This document shows, one piece after another, positions 20,526-29,157 of a DNA stretch of 64,000 nt. A model generated the notes under the pieces. The model was not told the origin of the DNA and did not search any database. It saw only the letters and a program-made list of their open reading frames with translations. The number at the start of each line of letters is the position of its first letter. Position 1 is the stretch's first letter. The position numbers and the translations under genes are program-made. Source of the stretch: a candidate division WOR-3 bacterium (lineage in GTDB: Bacteria; Hydrothermota; Hydrothermia; JBDRYB01); the NCBI GenBank assembly GCA_039803205.1, contig JBDRYB010000001.1, positions 331,413 to 395,412 of the forward strand, in the 5' to 3' direction.

Positions 20526-21572
20526 TTGGGTATTCTCAGTCGGATTCGTTCCATTTTCAGGACGGAGGTCGCTCTGGATCTGGGGACAGCGCATACCCTC
20601 GTCTATGTAAAGGGGAAAGGCATAGTCATCCGGGAGCCATCGGTCGTCGCGGTTGACCTAACAACGGGAAAGCCAATAGCCATAGGCGCTGAGGCAAAAC
20701 TAATGCTCGGAAAGACCCACGAGACCATAATGGCGAAGCGGCCAATAAAGGATGGGGTCATAGAGAACCTCGATCTTGTGAACCTGATGATCTCCTCCCT
20801 CCTATCTAGAGTGATGAGGAACACGATCGCGAAACCCATACTCTATGTCGGGGTTCCCTCAGGCGCTAATGAGGTGGAGCTCAAGGCTGTCAGGGATGCT
20901 GGAGAGGCCGCTGGTGCGAGGGAGGTCTATCTGGTCGCTGAGCCGGTCGCGGCCGCTGTCGGAATGGACTTGCCGATCCACGACCCCACTGGGTACATGG
21001 TCGTTGATATTGGGGGAGGCACAACAGAAATAGCAGTTATATCCCTTGGTGGCATCGTAGCCCAGGCATCCATTCCCATAGCCGGGGACGAGATGGATCA
21101 GGCGATAATCAACTATATAAGGCGCAAATACACGATACTCATAGGCGAGCAGACAGCGGAGAAGATAAAGATAACCATAGGAAATGTTTATCCCACAGAG
21201 GAGGTGCTTGAGCCCATGGAGGTTCGGGGTCAGAGCCTCGTGAACAGCATGCCCCAGGTTGTTGAGATAACGCCCTCAGAGGTAAGAGAGGCCCTAAGGG
21301 AGCCGGTTTCCCAGATACTTGAGGCCATAAGAAGGGCATTTGAGGCCACGCCGCCGGATCTCATGGCGGACATAATAGAGCAAGGCATACACCTTACAGG
21401 CGGTGGCGCTCTCCTCAGGGGTATGGACCTCCTCATAAAAGAGGAGACCGGTCTTATGGTCAAGGTGGTCGAGAGGCCCCTTGAATGCGTGGCAATAGGG
21501 GTGGGAAAGATAATGGAGAATCCGAAAAAATACAGGAGCGTCATCCTCCCTTCCAGGAAACCAAGTAGATGA
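20526..21572 (+). CDS. mreB: Rod shape-determining protein MreB
   Basis: LDLGTA, VDIGGGTTE, LTGGGALL. Confidence 0.97.
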   Translation: MGILSRIRSIFRTEVALDLGTAHTLVYVKGKGIVIREPSVVAVDLTTGKPIAIGAEAKLMLGKTHETIMAKRPIKDGVIENLDLVNLMISSLLSRVMRNTIAKPILYVGVPSGANEVELKAVRDAGEAAGAREVYLVAEPVAAAVGMDLPIHDPTGYMVVDIGGGTTEIAVISLGGIVAQASIPIAGDEMDQAIINYIRRKYTILIGEQTAEKIKITIGNVYPTEEVLEPMEVRGQSLVNSMPQVVEITPSEVREALREPVSQILEAIRRAFEATPPDLMADIIEQGIHLTGGGALLRGMDLLIKEETGLMVKVVERPLECVAIGVGKIMENPKKYRSVILPSRKPSR

Positions 21573-21686
21573 AATGTTCCTACGATCTGCGAAGCACGGC
21601 TTTCGGTCTGAAGCCCGGAACCGGAGCGGTCCTTTGTTGTTGACCGCATCCATTCTGCCCCTTGAATTCACAACTGGCAAACGATC

Positions 21687-22385
21687 ATGAGGGACATTTA
21701 TCGCTTTCTCCTGGCCCTATTCGTGGCTGGGCTATTTCTGCTACCGTTTCCGCGCAAGCTAGTCCACAATACCTTGCTGGCAACGCTATATGTGCCTGTG
21801 CTACGGGCTGAGGCCTTTATATTGGACCTTTTTCACCTGAAGTCTGAGAGGGATTACCTTCTCGCCGAGAACGCTCGGCTTTCGGCAGAGCTGGGTAAGA
21901 GATACATTCTATCTGATGAAGGGGGCGATATAGCGAGGCCTCTTAGGTTTGATCCCCCTGACAATCCGGAGAGGATAATCGTGGATGCTGGAAGGAACAA
22001 GGGCCTAAAACCCGGGGATGTCCTAATGAGCGGTGGGGCTCTTGCTGGCAGGATCATCGCGGTTGAGGCCAACACATCCACACTCCTAACCCCGTTTTCT
22101 CCGGATTTTATGGCTGGCGTTCTGGACACCAGAACCATGATCCACGGTGTCCTCGTTGGGGGAACTAGCCCAAAGGTTGATTACATACCCAGCTGGGAGG
22201 ATGTGAAGGCTGGGGATACCCTCGTTACCTCTGGACTTGCTGGGTTTCTGCCCCCTGGCGTCTTGGTTGGGGTTGTTGAGAATGTCTACAGGACTGACAA
22301 ACCATTCCTTGAGGTCAGGGTAAAATTGTTTTATCAGCCGCAGAAGATCAGGGTCTTTACAATAGCCAGGGGAGGCTCGGGATGA
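21687..22385 (+). CDS. mreC: Rod shape-determining protein MreC
   Basis: AENARL coiled coil, GDTLVTSGL; synteny. Confidence 0.9.
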   Translation: MRDIYRFLLALFVAGLFLLPFPRKLVHNTLLATLYVPVLRAEAFILDLFHLKSERDYLLAENARLSAELGKRYILSDEGGDIARPLRFDPPDNPERIIVDAGRNKGLKPGDVLMSGGALAGRIIAVEANTSTLLTPFSPDFMAGVLDTRTMIHGVLVGGTSPKVDYIPSWEDVKAGDTLVTSGLAGFLPPGVLVGVVENVYRTDKPFLEVRVKLFYQPQKIRVFTIARGGSG

Positions 22386-22816
22386 GAGGGTGGCTCCTCT
22401 GGCTCTACGCGGGCCTTGCAGTCATGTTCGCTGTGATATTCACAAGGATAAGGTTTTCCGGTTTTCCGGAGGCCTCCGTGTCGCTTTTCGCGGCCGCATC
22501 AATGAGATCGCCCTACCCGTTTTCCCTGATCCTGGGCATCGTCCTTGGGCTCCTTACAGAGGGGCTTCATCCTTCGGAACCCTGGGTTACTCCCCTCCTT
22601 TACATCCTTCTTGCCAGCGCTAGCCGCTACGCGAGGGACCAGATGAACCTCCGGGGTTGGCTCCTCGGCCTCTATTTCCTTTTCTGGGGAATAGCCTTTA
22701 GGGTCCTCCCTCCCATTTTTCACGGACAGACAGCGGGCTTTCTTGATGCGGCAGTCGGTTCAGCTCTGACCGCTGTTCTCGCTTATCTCCTTTATCTGCC
22801 ATGGAAAGAAGAATGA
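22382..22816 (+). CDS. mreD: Probable MreD
   Basis: Hydrophobic 144-aa protein between mreC and mrdA. Confidence 0.7.
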   Translation: MRGWLLWLYAGLAVMFAVIFTRIRFSGFPEASVSLFAAASMRSPYPFSLILGIVLGLLTEGLHPSEPWVTPLLYILLASASRYARDQMNLRGWLLGLYFLFWGIAFRVLPPIFHGQTAGFLDAAVGSALTAVLAYLLYLPWKEE

Positions 22817-24495
22817 TCTTGATTGTTGGCTTCTTCGGCCTCGCGCTCGCTGGCGCCCTCAGCAGGGCATTTTTCATGCAGGTCCTCAAGGGCGGTGAGT
22901 TCAGGATGCAGGCTGAGGCAAACTACCTCAGAAAGGTTCCGATCCCGCCGATAAGGGGCAGAATAATGGACAGGAACGGGCTTTTGCTCGCTGGTTGGGA
23001 GCCCCGGTTCATGGCAGTGGCACTATTAGGTGAGGGCGGCCTAGCGGGAGATGAGCTCGAGAAGCTCAGGCTCACCATAGGCGCAGAAAGCCTATCCGTG
23101 AAAAAGAGCTATCTCGGCTACTCCATTCTGGCAAAGGACATCCCATATGAGAAGGCCCTGGGCGTCCTGGAGCGCTCAGAGGACTTCGGTTGGCTGCTCA
23201 TGCTACCCTGCTTCTCGAGGACATACCCTTATAGAGGCCCGCTTTCATCGGTTATAGGTTATGTTGACGCGGATGGGGTTGGAAAGGCGGGAATTGAGAG
23301 GTCTTTTAATGAATACTTGGCTGGCACTCCAGGGGTCAAATACCTCATGGTTGACGCGAGGGGAAGGGTGGTGAAGGAGGACATATACCCAGAGGTTGAA
23401 CCAGCCCAAGGAAAGGACATAACCCTCACGGTTGACGAGCGGTTCCAGGCCGCGGCAGATACCCTTTTCGGGCCATATAGGTCAGGAGCCGCTGTTGTCA
23501 TGAACATAAAGACCGGGGAGATACTCGTTCTCTACACTAAACCGTATGTTGATTCCTGGACAATGGTCTACGGCACATCCGAGGAGAAATCCGCGGCCCT
23601 CTCAGCCCCAGGCTCCCCTCTCCTGAACAGGGCTGTCTCCGGCCTCTACCCGCCGGGTTCAACATTCAAGCCGGTGGTCGCGCTCTGTGGGCTTTCCTCC
23701 GGCGCGATAACCCCTGCCAGCGTTTTTTGCTGTGCTGGCGGCATGCAGATGGGAAACCGGTTTTTCAAGTGCACGGGGTTCCACGGGTGCCTTGACCTCA
23801 TCCACGCGATAGAGCATTCCTGCAATACATATTTCTATTCTGTTGGGATTCGCATGGGGCTCCCCACATTTCTCAGCGAGATCGATCGGATGGGCTTTCT
23901 CAAGAGGAGCTACGATCTCGGGATAGGGGGCGAGAAACCTGCTTTGATCCCGAGCCTGGATTACTACCGAAAGAATTTCGGAAAACAGCTCGGCGGGGTC
24001 ACCCTCAATCTCTCCATAGGCCAAGGAGAACTCCTCCTTACTCCCCTTCACATGGCTCTCGTCGCGGCATTGGTCGCCAGGGGGGAAATGCCCTTGCCCC
24101 ACCTTTTGATGAGGGTCGGGGATGAGAGATATGTTCCCCCTGAGACTCTGAGAATACCATTATCAGATAAGGACAGGGAGGCAGTGAAGAAGGGAATGCT
24201 TCTCGTTGTGGAATCAGGAACCGCGAGGAGCTGCCGGCTCCCTGGATTCAAGTTCGGCGGCAAGACGGGAACAGCGCAGAACCCTCACGGCCAGGACCAT
24301 TCCCTCTTCATATTTTTCGCGCCATACGATGACCCTGAGATAGCTGGCGCTGTGGTTGTTGAGCAGGGAGGATTCGGGGCCAAGGCGGCCGCGCCCATAG
24401 CGCGAGAGCTCATAAGGAGATACTTTGGCCTACCACCGGCTCCGCTCTTCGTGGTTAAGAAACCCTCGGAGGATCGGAAAGAGGAGATAGAATGA
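22801..24495 (+). CDS. mrdA: Penicillin-binding protein 2
   Basis: PGSTFK (SxxK), SCN, KTGTAQ. Confidence 0.93.
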   Translation: MERRMILIVGFFGLALAGALSRAFFMQVLKGGEFRMQAEANYLRKVPIPPIRGRIMDRNGLLLAGWEPRFMAVALLGEGGLAGDELEKLRLTIGAESLSVKKSYLGYSILAKDIPYEKALGVLERSEDFGWLLMLPCFSRTYPYRGPLSSVIGYVDADGVGKAGIERSFNEYLAGTPGVKYLMVDARGRVVKEDIYPEVEPAQGKDITLTVDERFQAAADTLFGPYRSGAAVVMNIKTGEILVLYTKPYVDSWTMVYGTSEEKSAALSAPGSPLLNRAVSGLYPPGSTFKPVVALCGLSSGAITPASVFCCAGGMQMGNRFFKCTGFHGCLDLIHAIEHSCNTYFYSVGIRMGLPTFLSEIDRMGFLKRSYDLGIGGEKPALIPSLDYYRKNFGKQLGGVTLNLSIGQGELLLTPLHMALVAALVARGEMPLPHLLMRVGDERYVPPETLRIPLSDKDREAVKKGMLLVVESGTARSCRLPGFKFGGKTGTAQNPHGQDHSLFIFFAPYDDPEIAGAVVVEQGGFGAKAAAPIARELIRRYFGLPPAPLFVVKKPSEDRKEEIE

Positions 24496-25670
24496 GAAGA
24501 TTCCTGCCCCTCATTTTCGCTGGAGCCATATCTGCCTTCTCCTTGGTTGAGCTGTTTTCGGTTGGGAGCGCGCACGCGCTCCGGCAGCTCATCTGGATAG
24601 GCCTAGGAGGGCTCAGCTTTCTGCTCTTTTACAAAGCGATATCTCCCCTAACCCTTCGCCGCGGAGCCGAGATAATCTATTGGGTCTCAGCTATACTTCT
24701 GGTGGCGGTTCTGGTATTCGGTGGCCCGGGCGCGAGGAGGTGGTTTTCGTTCGGAGTCATGAAGTTTCAGCCATCCGAGCTATCCAAGCTTGCGGTTCTC
24801 CTCGTTCTCTCAAAGGCCTTGGAGGAAAGCCCCGTGAGGCCAGAAAGGGTTTTCGTTGCCCTCGGATATTCCCTGTTTGTTTTCATTCTCATATTCATCG
24901 AGCCAGACCTCGCTACAGCAGGAGCGGTTTTCGCTTTAACGACGAGCCTTCTTTTGGTCTCAGGAACCCCCTCCCACATCCTCATGCTCATATACGCGCC
25001 CATTTTCGCCGCGGCCTCATCCTTCTGGCTCTGGAGCTTCATAGGGCTTGTTCTCGTTGTTTTCATTCTCTCAAGGCTCATGAAAAGGGGCTGGGGATAC
25101 ACCCTCGCACTAACGAGCATGGTCATAGGTGTTGGGTTGGCTACCCCGTTGGTCTGGAACGGCGCGCTAAAGGAATACCAACGCAAAAGGATAATCTCTT
25201 TCGTGGCGCCAAAGGCGCAGAGCGCCGCCGCGGGGTGGCAAGCGCTTCAGGCAAGGGTCGCAATAGGCTCCGGCGGGCTTTGGGGAAGGGGATACAGAGA
25301 GGGAACCCAGAAGGGGCTTGATTTCCTTCCAGAGGCTCACACTGACTTTATTTTCGCGGCAATAGGAGAGGAATTCGGGTTTCTGGGCTGCGCTTTGATC
25401 GTTGGGCTTTTTGCCGCTCTCCTCTGGAGCCTAGTCCGGGCCGCAACATTCACGGAGGATCGGTATCTCAGGAACCTCGGGGTTGGAGCGATGACCATAA
25501 TATTTTATCACGCGTGCTTTAACCTGCTCTCTGTCCTTGGCCTCTTTCCGGTCGCTGGCCTCCCGTTGCCATTTGCCAGCTACGGCGGAAGCCACATCCT
25601 GATGGAGTTCTCTCTGCTGGGAATCGTTGCGGCCTCGGTGGAGGAGGAAATGAGGAGAAGGGCATATTAG
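24492..25670 (+). CDS. rodA: SEDS glycosyltransferase RodA
   Basis: QPSELSK, FLPEAHTDFIF, LPFASYGGS. Confidence 0.93.
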   Translation: MRRFLPLIFAGAISAFSLVELFSVGSAHALRQLIWIGLGGLSFLLFYKAISPLTLRRGAEIIYWVSAILLVAVLVFGGPGARRWFSFGVMKFQPSELSKLAVLLVLSKALEESPVRPERVFVALGYSLFVFILIFIEPDLATAGAVFALTTSLLLVSGTPSHILMLIYAPIFAAASSFWLWSFIGLVLVVFILSRLMKRGWGYTLALTSMVIGVGLATPLVWNGALKEYQRKRIISFVAPKAQSAAAGWQALQARVAIGSGGLWGRGYREGTQKGLDFLPEAHTDFIFAAIGEEFGFLGCALIVGLFAALLWSLVRAATFTEDRYLRNLGVGAMTIIFYHACFNLLSVLGLFPVAGLPLPFASYGGSHILMEFSLLGIVAASVEEEMRRRAY

Positions 25671-25741
25671 CGATCGCGGCGGTGAAAATGGGCGAATCGT
25701 TTTTGAAACCGGAGGACTTTGGCTCTTATAATATCCTTCTT

Positions 25742-25831
25742 GGAGAGGTGGCCGAGCGGTTGAAGGCGGCGGCTTGCTAAGCCGTTGTAGGGAGTATATC
25801 CCTACCGCGGGTTCGAATCCCGCCCTCTCCG
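25742..25831 (+). tRNA. tRNA-Ser(GCT)
   Basis: Cloverleaf with long variable arm; anticodon loop TTGCTAA; G discriminator; no CCA. Confidence 0.95.
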
Positions 25832-25866
25832 TTGAGAATCATCTACAGAATTACAAAAACACGAAA

Positions 25867-27432
25867 CTATTCTTTCCCGTAGATTTTCTTCTTCAGTCTT
25901 TCGTAATATTGCCTGTATTCGTCAATGTAGCGGTCGTAGGGGAATTCGGGAAGCAGATCGCCATTAGCGAGTTCCCGAGCCCTGGCAAGGTATTCCTCTT
26001 TTTCGGTAGGATCACGGGTAGCGTCAGCTAGCCTCAGAAGGTTCTCCAGTTCTCCAAGGTCTGTCCAGACATCCTCAAGCTGGTAGAAGTCCCGGTGTTT
26101 GACAAGGAGCTCACGCCTAATGAGATGGGTTCTTATCGTGTTTATGGCAGTATAAAGAAGGCACCTAGATTTTTGGGTATACTTGCGTCTTGGCCAAAGA
26201 AGATAGAAAAGGTGATCGTAGGGTATCCTATGCTTGGGCGAAAGAAGGAGATAGATCAATCCGAGTATAGCCTTGTTATTCCGCCAGGCCTTCAGTCTAA
26301 TATCTTTGTTGTCCACAGTTATCTTGGTTTCTCCTATGAGATACGCTTTTATCCCCGATTTTGGCTCTGTTTCCCTTTGGTTTACGAGGGGTTCTATTTG
26401 TATGAGAAAGTCTCGGAGGAAAGGGTCATGCTTGAGGCCTGGATGCAAGGAAGCCAAAGGGTTAAGAAATTTCAAGGCTTGAGGGAGGGTGGGGCCGTTT
26501 GATCGCCAGGCCAAAAAAGCTGAGGTCAATCCAGCCAAAAACGCCTCTAATGGCTGGTAAGCCCGATAATAGTTCTGAGCGGCCTCAAAGAGCATACAAG
26601 CTGTTTCATCTTCTTCCTGCAAAAGAAGGGCCTTTATTTCCTGGGCTGCGGCCTGCTCGCCCCAGCTTCCAGACCTTGCCAGAGATAGGCACTTCTTAAC
26701 AGTATCCTGAGGGGGTGCATCAAACCCGGATAACCTCGAAAGATTCATGGCCTTGGCACAAGGAAAGGCAGAGTAGGCTGATCCAAGATCCAAAAAGGCT
26801 TGGATTGAACCCAAATAGCTTTCCATTGATTCATCACATCTTCCCATCAACCTCAGGGCAAGACCTTTCATTTCCAACACGCCCGCCAGAAATAGAGGCC
26901 TCCTTCTTAACCTCAAAAGCGATTCCAGGATTTTATTGGCTTGTTCCGGCATTCCACGGATTATGTGTAGGACTGCGAACATGTACAAAGCATCAGGACG
27001 TTCCTCTTCTTTCAGAAATTTCTTTATATCACAGTAAAGCGTTTCGTATTCGGCCTTAAACAACCTGATGGATAGGAGGGACATTTTCGCACTGGTTGCG
27101 GCTTTCCTATGTCCCAAAAGTTCCGCGGCCTCAAGGAACTTGATGAAAAAGCTCTCTGCTCTGTCCATTTCTCCTAACATCCTGTAGGCCATCCCCATAT
27201 TGTCAAACAAATACAAGGCTATCTCGGGTTTATCCGAGACTTTCGCCAACAGCCTCTTTCCCTTTCTCACAACCTCCGCGGATTTAGCCCTGTAAAAAGC
27301 CACCGATACCTCCAGGATACCGGCGGCCAGGGGGTCCTGTGCTTTCAATGTCTCAATATACCTAGCGACCTCAGAAAGCCTACCCATCTTCAGTTTCTTT
27401 ATGCCTTCCTTTATCCTATCCGCGGTGTCCAT
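25867..27432 (-). CDS. TPR + SARP-family regulator B (paralog of A)
   Basis: C-terminal ~160 aa closely match regulator A; TAGACT + 6 nt + ATG. Confidence 0.8.
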   Translation of the reverse strand: MDTADRIKEGIKKLKMGRLSEVARYIETLKAQDPLAAGILEVSVAFYRAKSAEVVRKGKRLLAKVSDKPEIALYLFDNMGMAYRMLGEMDRAESFFIKFLEAAELLGHRKAATSAKMSLLSIRLFKAEYETLYCDIKKFLKEEERPDALYMFAVLHIIRGMPEQANKILESLLRLRRRPLFLAGVLEMKGLALRLMGRCDESMESYLGSIQAFLDLGSAYSAFPCAKAMNLSRLSGFDAPPQDTVKKCLSLARSGSWGEQAAAQEIKALLLQEEDETACMLFEAAQNYYRAYQPLEAFLAGLTSAFLAWRSNGPTLPQALKFLNPLASLHPGLKHDPFLRDFLIQIEPLVNQRETEPKSGIKAYLIGETKITVDNKDIRLKAWRNNKAILGLIYLLLSPKHRIPYDHLFYLLWPRRKYTQKSRCLLYTAINTIRTHLIRRELLVKHRDFYQLEDVWTDLGELENLLRLADATRDPTEKEEYLARARELANGDLLPEFPYDRYIDEYRQYYERLKKKIYGKE

Positions 27433-27481
27433 TCTGAAAGTCTAAAGATTTTAGCCGATCAAATTCAAGTCTTTCAAGCAC

Positions 27482-27526
27482 TTCCTCAGATATGCCTCAG
27501 ATATGTCTCAGATATGTTCTTAGACT
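27482..27526 (+). promoter_or_regulatory. Promoter of propeller B: three 11-bp direct repeats, 6 bp, then TAGACT
   Basis: TTCCTCAGATA TGCCTCAGATA TGTCTCAGATA tgttct TAGACT. Confidence 0.75.
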
Positions 27527-27564
27527 ATAGAGATGTTTATAAAGCCAGAAAGGAGTGTTTGGCC

Positions 27565-29091
27565 ATGTCTAGCTTGCTTATAGAAATCATGCTCGTAAGT
27601 CAGATCTATGGAAACTGGCCCATGTGGGGAGGCACGCCCACCCACGAATCCGTCCAGCTCATGAAAGGAGCCATAACAAGTCCTGTGATAAAGTGGAGGG
27701 TTGCAACTGAATACATGGTTGAATTGCAATTCTCAGCCATAGCTGATGTGGATGGCGATGGACATGTGGAGGTGGTGATAAGCTCTGGCGACGGGGCCTG
27801 TTGCCTCCGCGGCTCAGACGGAACCCAGAAGTGGGCTTTAACGATTGGTGGGTGGTCCTCTCCCGCGTTAGCTGATGTGGATGGCGATGGACAGATGGAG
27901 GTCGTGATAGGAAGTCTTGACAACAAGGTCTATTGCCTCCGCGGCTCAAACGGGACCCAAAAGTGGGCCTTCACGACGGGATACTCTGTGATTTCCTCCC
28001 CCGCAATAGCTGATTGCGATGGCGACGGCCAGATGGAGGTCGTGATAGGAAGTCTTGACAACAAGGTCTATTGCCTCCGGGGCTCAGACGGGACCCAGAA
28101 GTGGGCCTTCACGACGGGAGACTTAGTGTGGTCCTCCCCAGCCATAGCTGATGTGGATGGCGATGGACAGATGGAGGTCGTGATAGGAAGTCTTGACAAC
28201 AAGGTCTATTGCCTCCGGGGCTCAGACGGGACCCAGAAGTGGGCGTTCACGACATGGGACGATGTGCTGTCCTCTCCAGCCATAGCTGATGTGGATGGCG
28301 ATGGACAGATGGAGGTGGTTATAGGCTCATATGACCACAATGTCTATTGCCTCCGGGGCTCAGACGGGACCCAGAAGTGGGCCTTCACGACGGGAGACTT
28401 AGTGTGGTCCTCCCCAGCCATAGCTGATGTGGATGGCGATGGACAGATGGAGGTGGTTATAGGCTCAGATGATAAGAAGGTCTATTGCCTCCGTGGCTCA
28501 AACGGAACCCAGAAGTGGGCCGCGTCCTTCCCTTCTTCTGTTCACCTTCCCGGAGCGCTAGCGGATGTTGATGGTGATGGTAAGTTTGAGTTCCTGGTTT
28601 CGCAGCTGGGAGTTAAACCTAACATTGACAACCTCTATTGCCTGAACGCTGAGGATGGCTCTGTGGCCTGGAATATACCCCTGGCCTTTGATGTCCACTC
28701 TCCGTTTGCTGGGGACATAGACAGAGACGGGTGCATAGAGATAATCACGGGTACAAATGAGGCTGATGCCTCGGGTTACCGGATCTTCGCCTTAGATGAC
28801 CCTGCCAACGCTACGGGCTGTGGCCCTGTATATGAGGACATAGAGGAGGATCACGGCTCTGGTCCCATTGATTTCAGATCCATTGATCAGGGCCTTTACC
28901 TTTTCATGCCCTGTGAGGCCCAGGTTTCCCTCTCCCTCTACGACGCTCAGGGCAGGCTCGTTCAGAACCTTTATGAAGGCCTCCTGAGCCCCGGCGGCCA
29001 CACCTTCATCCCAAAAACAGAAACAAAGGGCGTTTATCTCGCGGTTCTAAGGTATCAGGGAGGAATCCAGACTGTAAAGCTCATAAGATAA
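27565..29091 (+). CDS. Secreted FG-GAP/PQQ-like beta-propeller protein B with T9SS-like C-terminal domain
   Basis: Near-identical 46-aa repeats; SD AAGGAG before ATG 27565. Confidence 0.85.
   Translation: MSSLLIEIMLVSQIYGNWPMWGGTPTHESVQLMKGAITSPVIKWRVATEYMVELQFSAIADVDGDGHVEVVISSGDGACCLRGSDGTQKWALTIGGWSSPALADVDGDGQMEVVIGSLDNKVYCLRGSNGTQKWAFTTGYSVISSPAIADCDGDGQMEVVIGSLDNKVYCLRGSDGTQKWAFTTGDLVWSSPAIADVDGDGQMEVVIGSLDNKVYCLRGSDGTQKWAFTTWDDVLSSPAIADVDGDGQMEVVIGSYDHNVYCLRGSDGTQKWAFTTGDLVWSSPAIADVDGDGQMEVVIGSDDKKVYCLRGSNGTQKWAASFPSSVHLPGALADVDGDGKFEFLVSQLGVKPNIDNLYCLNAEDGSVAWNIPLAFDVHSPFAGDIDRDGCIEIITGTNEADASGYRIFALDDPANATGCGPVYEDIEEDHGSGPIDFRSIDQGLYLFMPCEAQVSLSLYDAQGRLVQNLYEGLLSPGGHTFIPKTETKGVYLAVLRYQGGIQTVKLIR
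27741..28560 (+). repeat. Intragenic tandem repeat, about 6 units, 138-bp period
   Basis: agctgat...gatgg anchor at 27741, 27870, 28008, 28146, 28284, 28422. Confidence 0.9.
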
Positions 29092-29095
29092 TCCT

Positions 29096-29145
29096 AAAAG
29101 CCCCGGCTTACATTCTGCACCTCCCGTTCCTGGCCGGGGCTTTTT
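29096..29145 (+). terminator. Large-loop hairpin H2 (CACCTCCCG loop), likely bidirectional terminator
   Basis: AAAAGCCCCGGCT-tacattctgCACCTCCCGttcct-GGCCGGGGCTTTTT. Confidence 0.8.
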
Positions 29146-29157
29146 ATATGCCCTTCT

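Noticed and set aside
21573..21686. Known riboswitch or ribozyme between mreB and mreC
   Set aside because: Hairpins are present but I could match no consensus (hammerhead core, c-di-GMP, T-box)
27741..28560. CRISPR array or DGR template/variable repeat
   Set aside because: The repeats are in-frame coding units without unique spacers; no cas or reverse transcriptase gene in the window; differences are not adenine-specific
29108..29126. SD + ATG-TAA minigene on the strand opposite hairpin H2
   Set aside because: The start codon is not conserved in H1, H3 or H4
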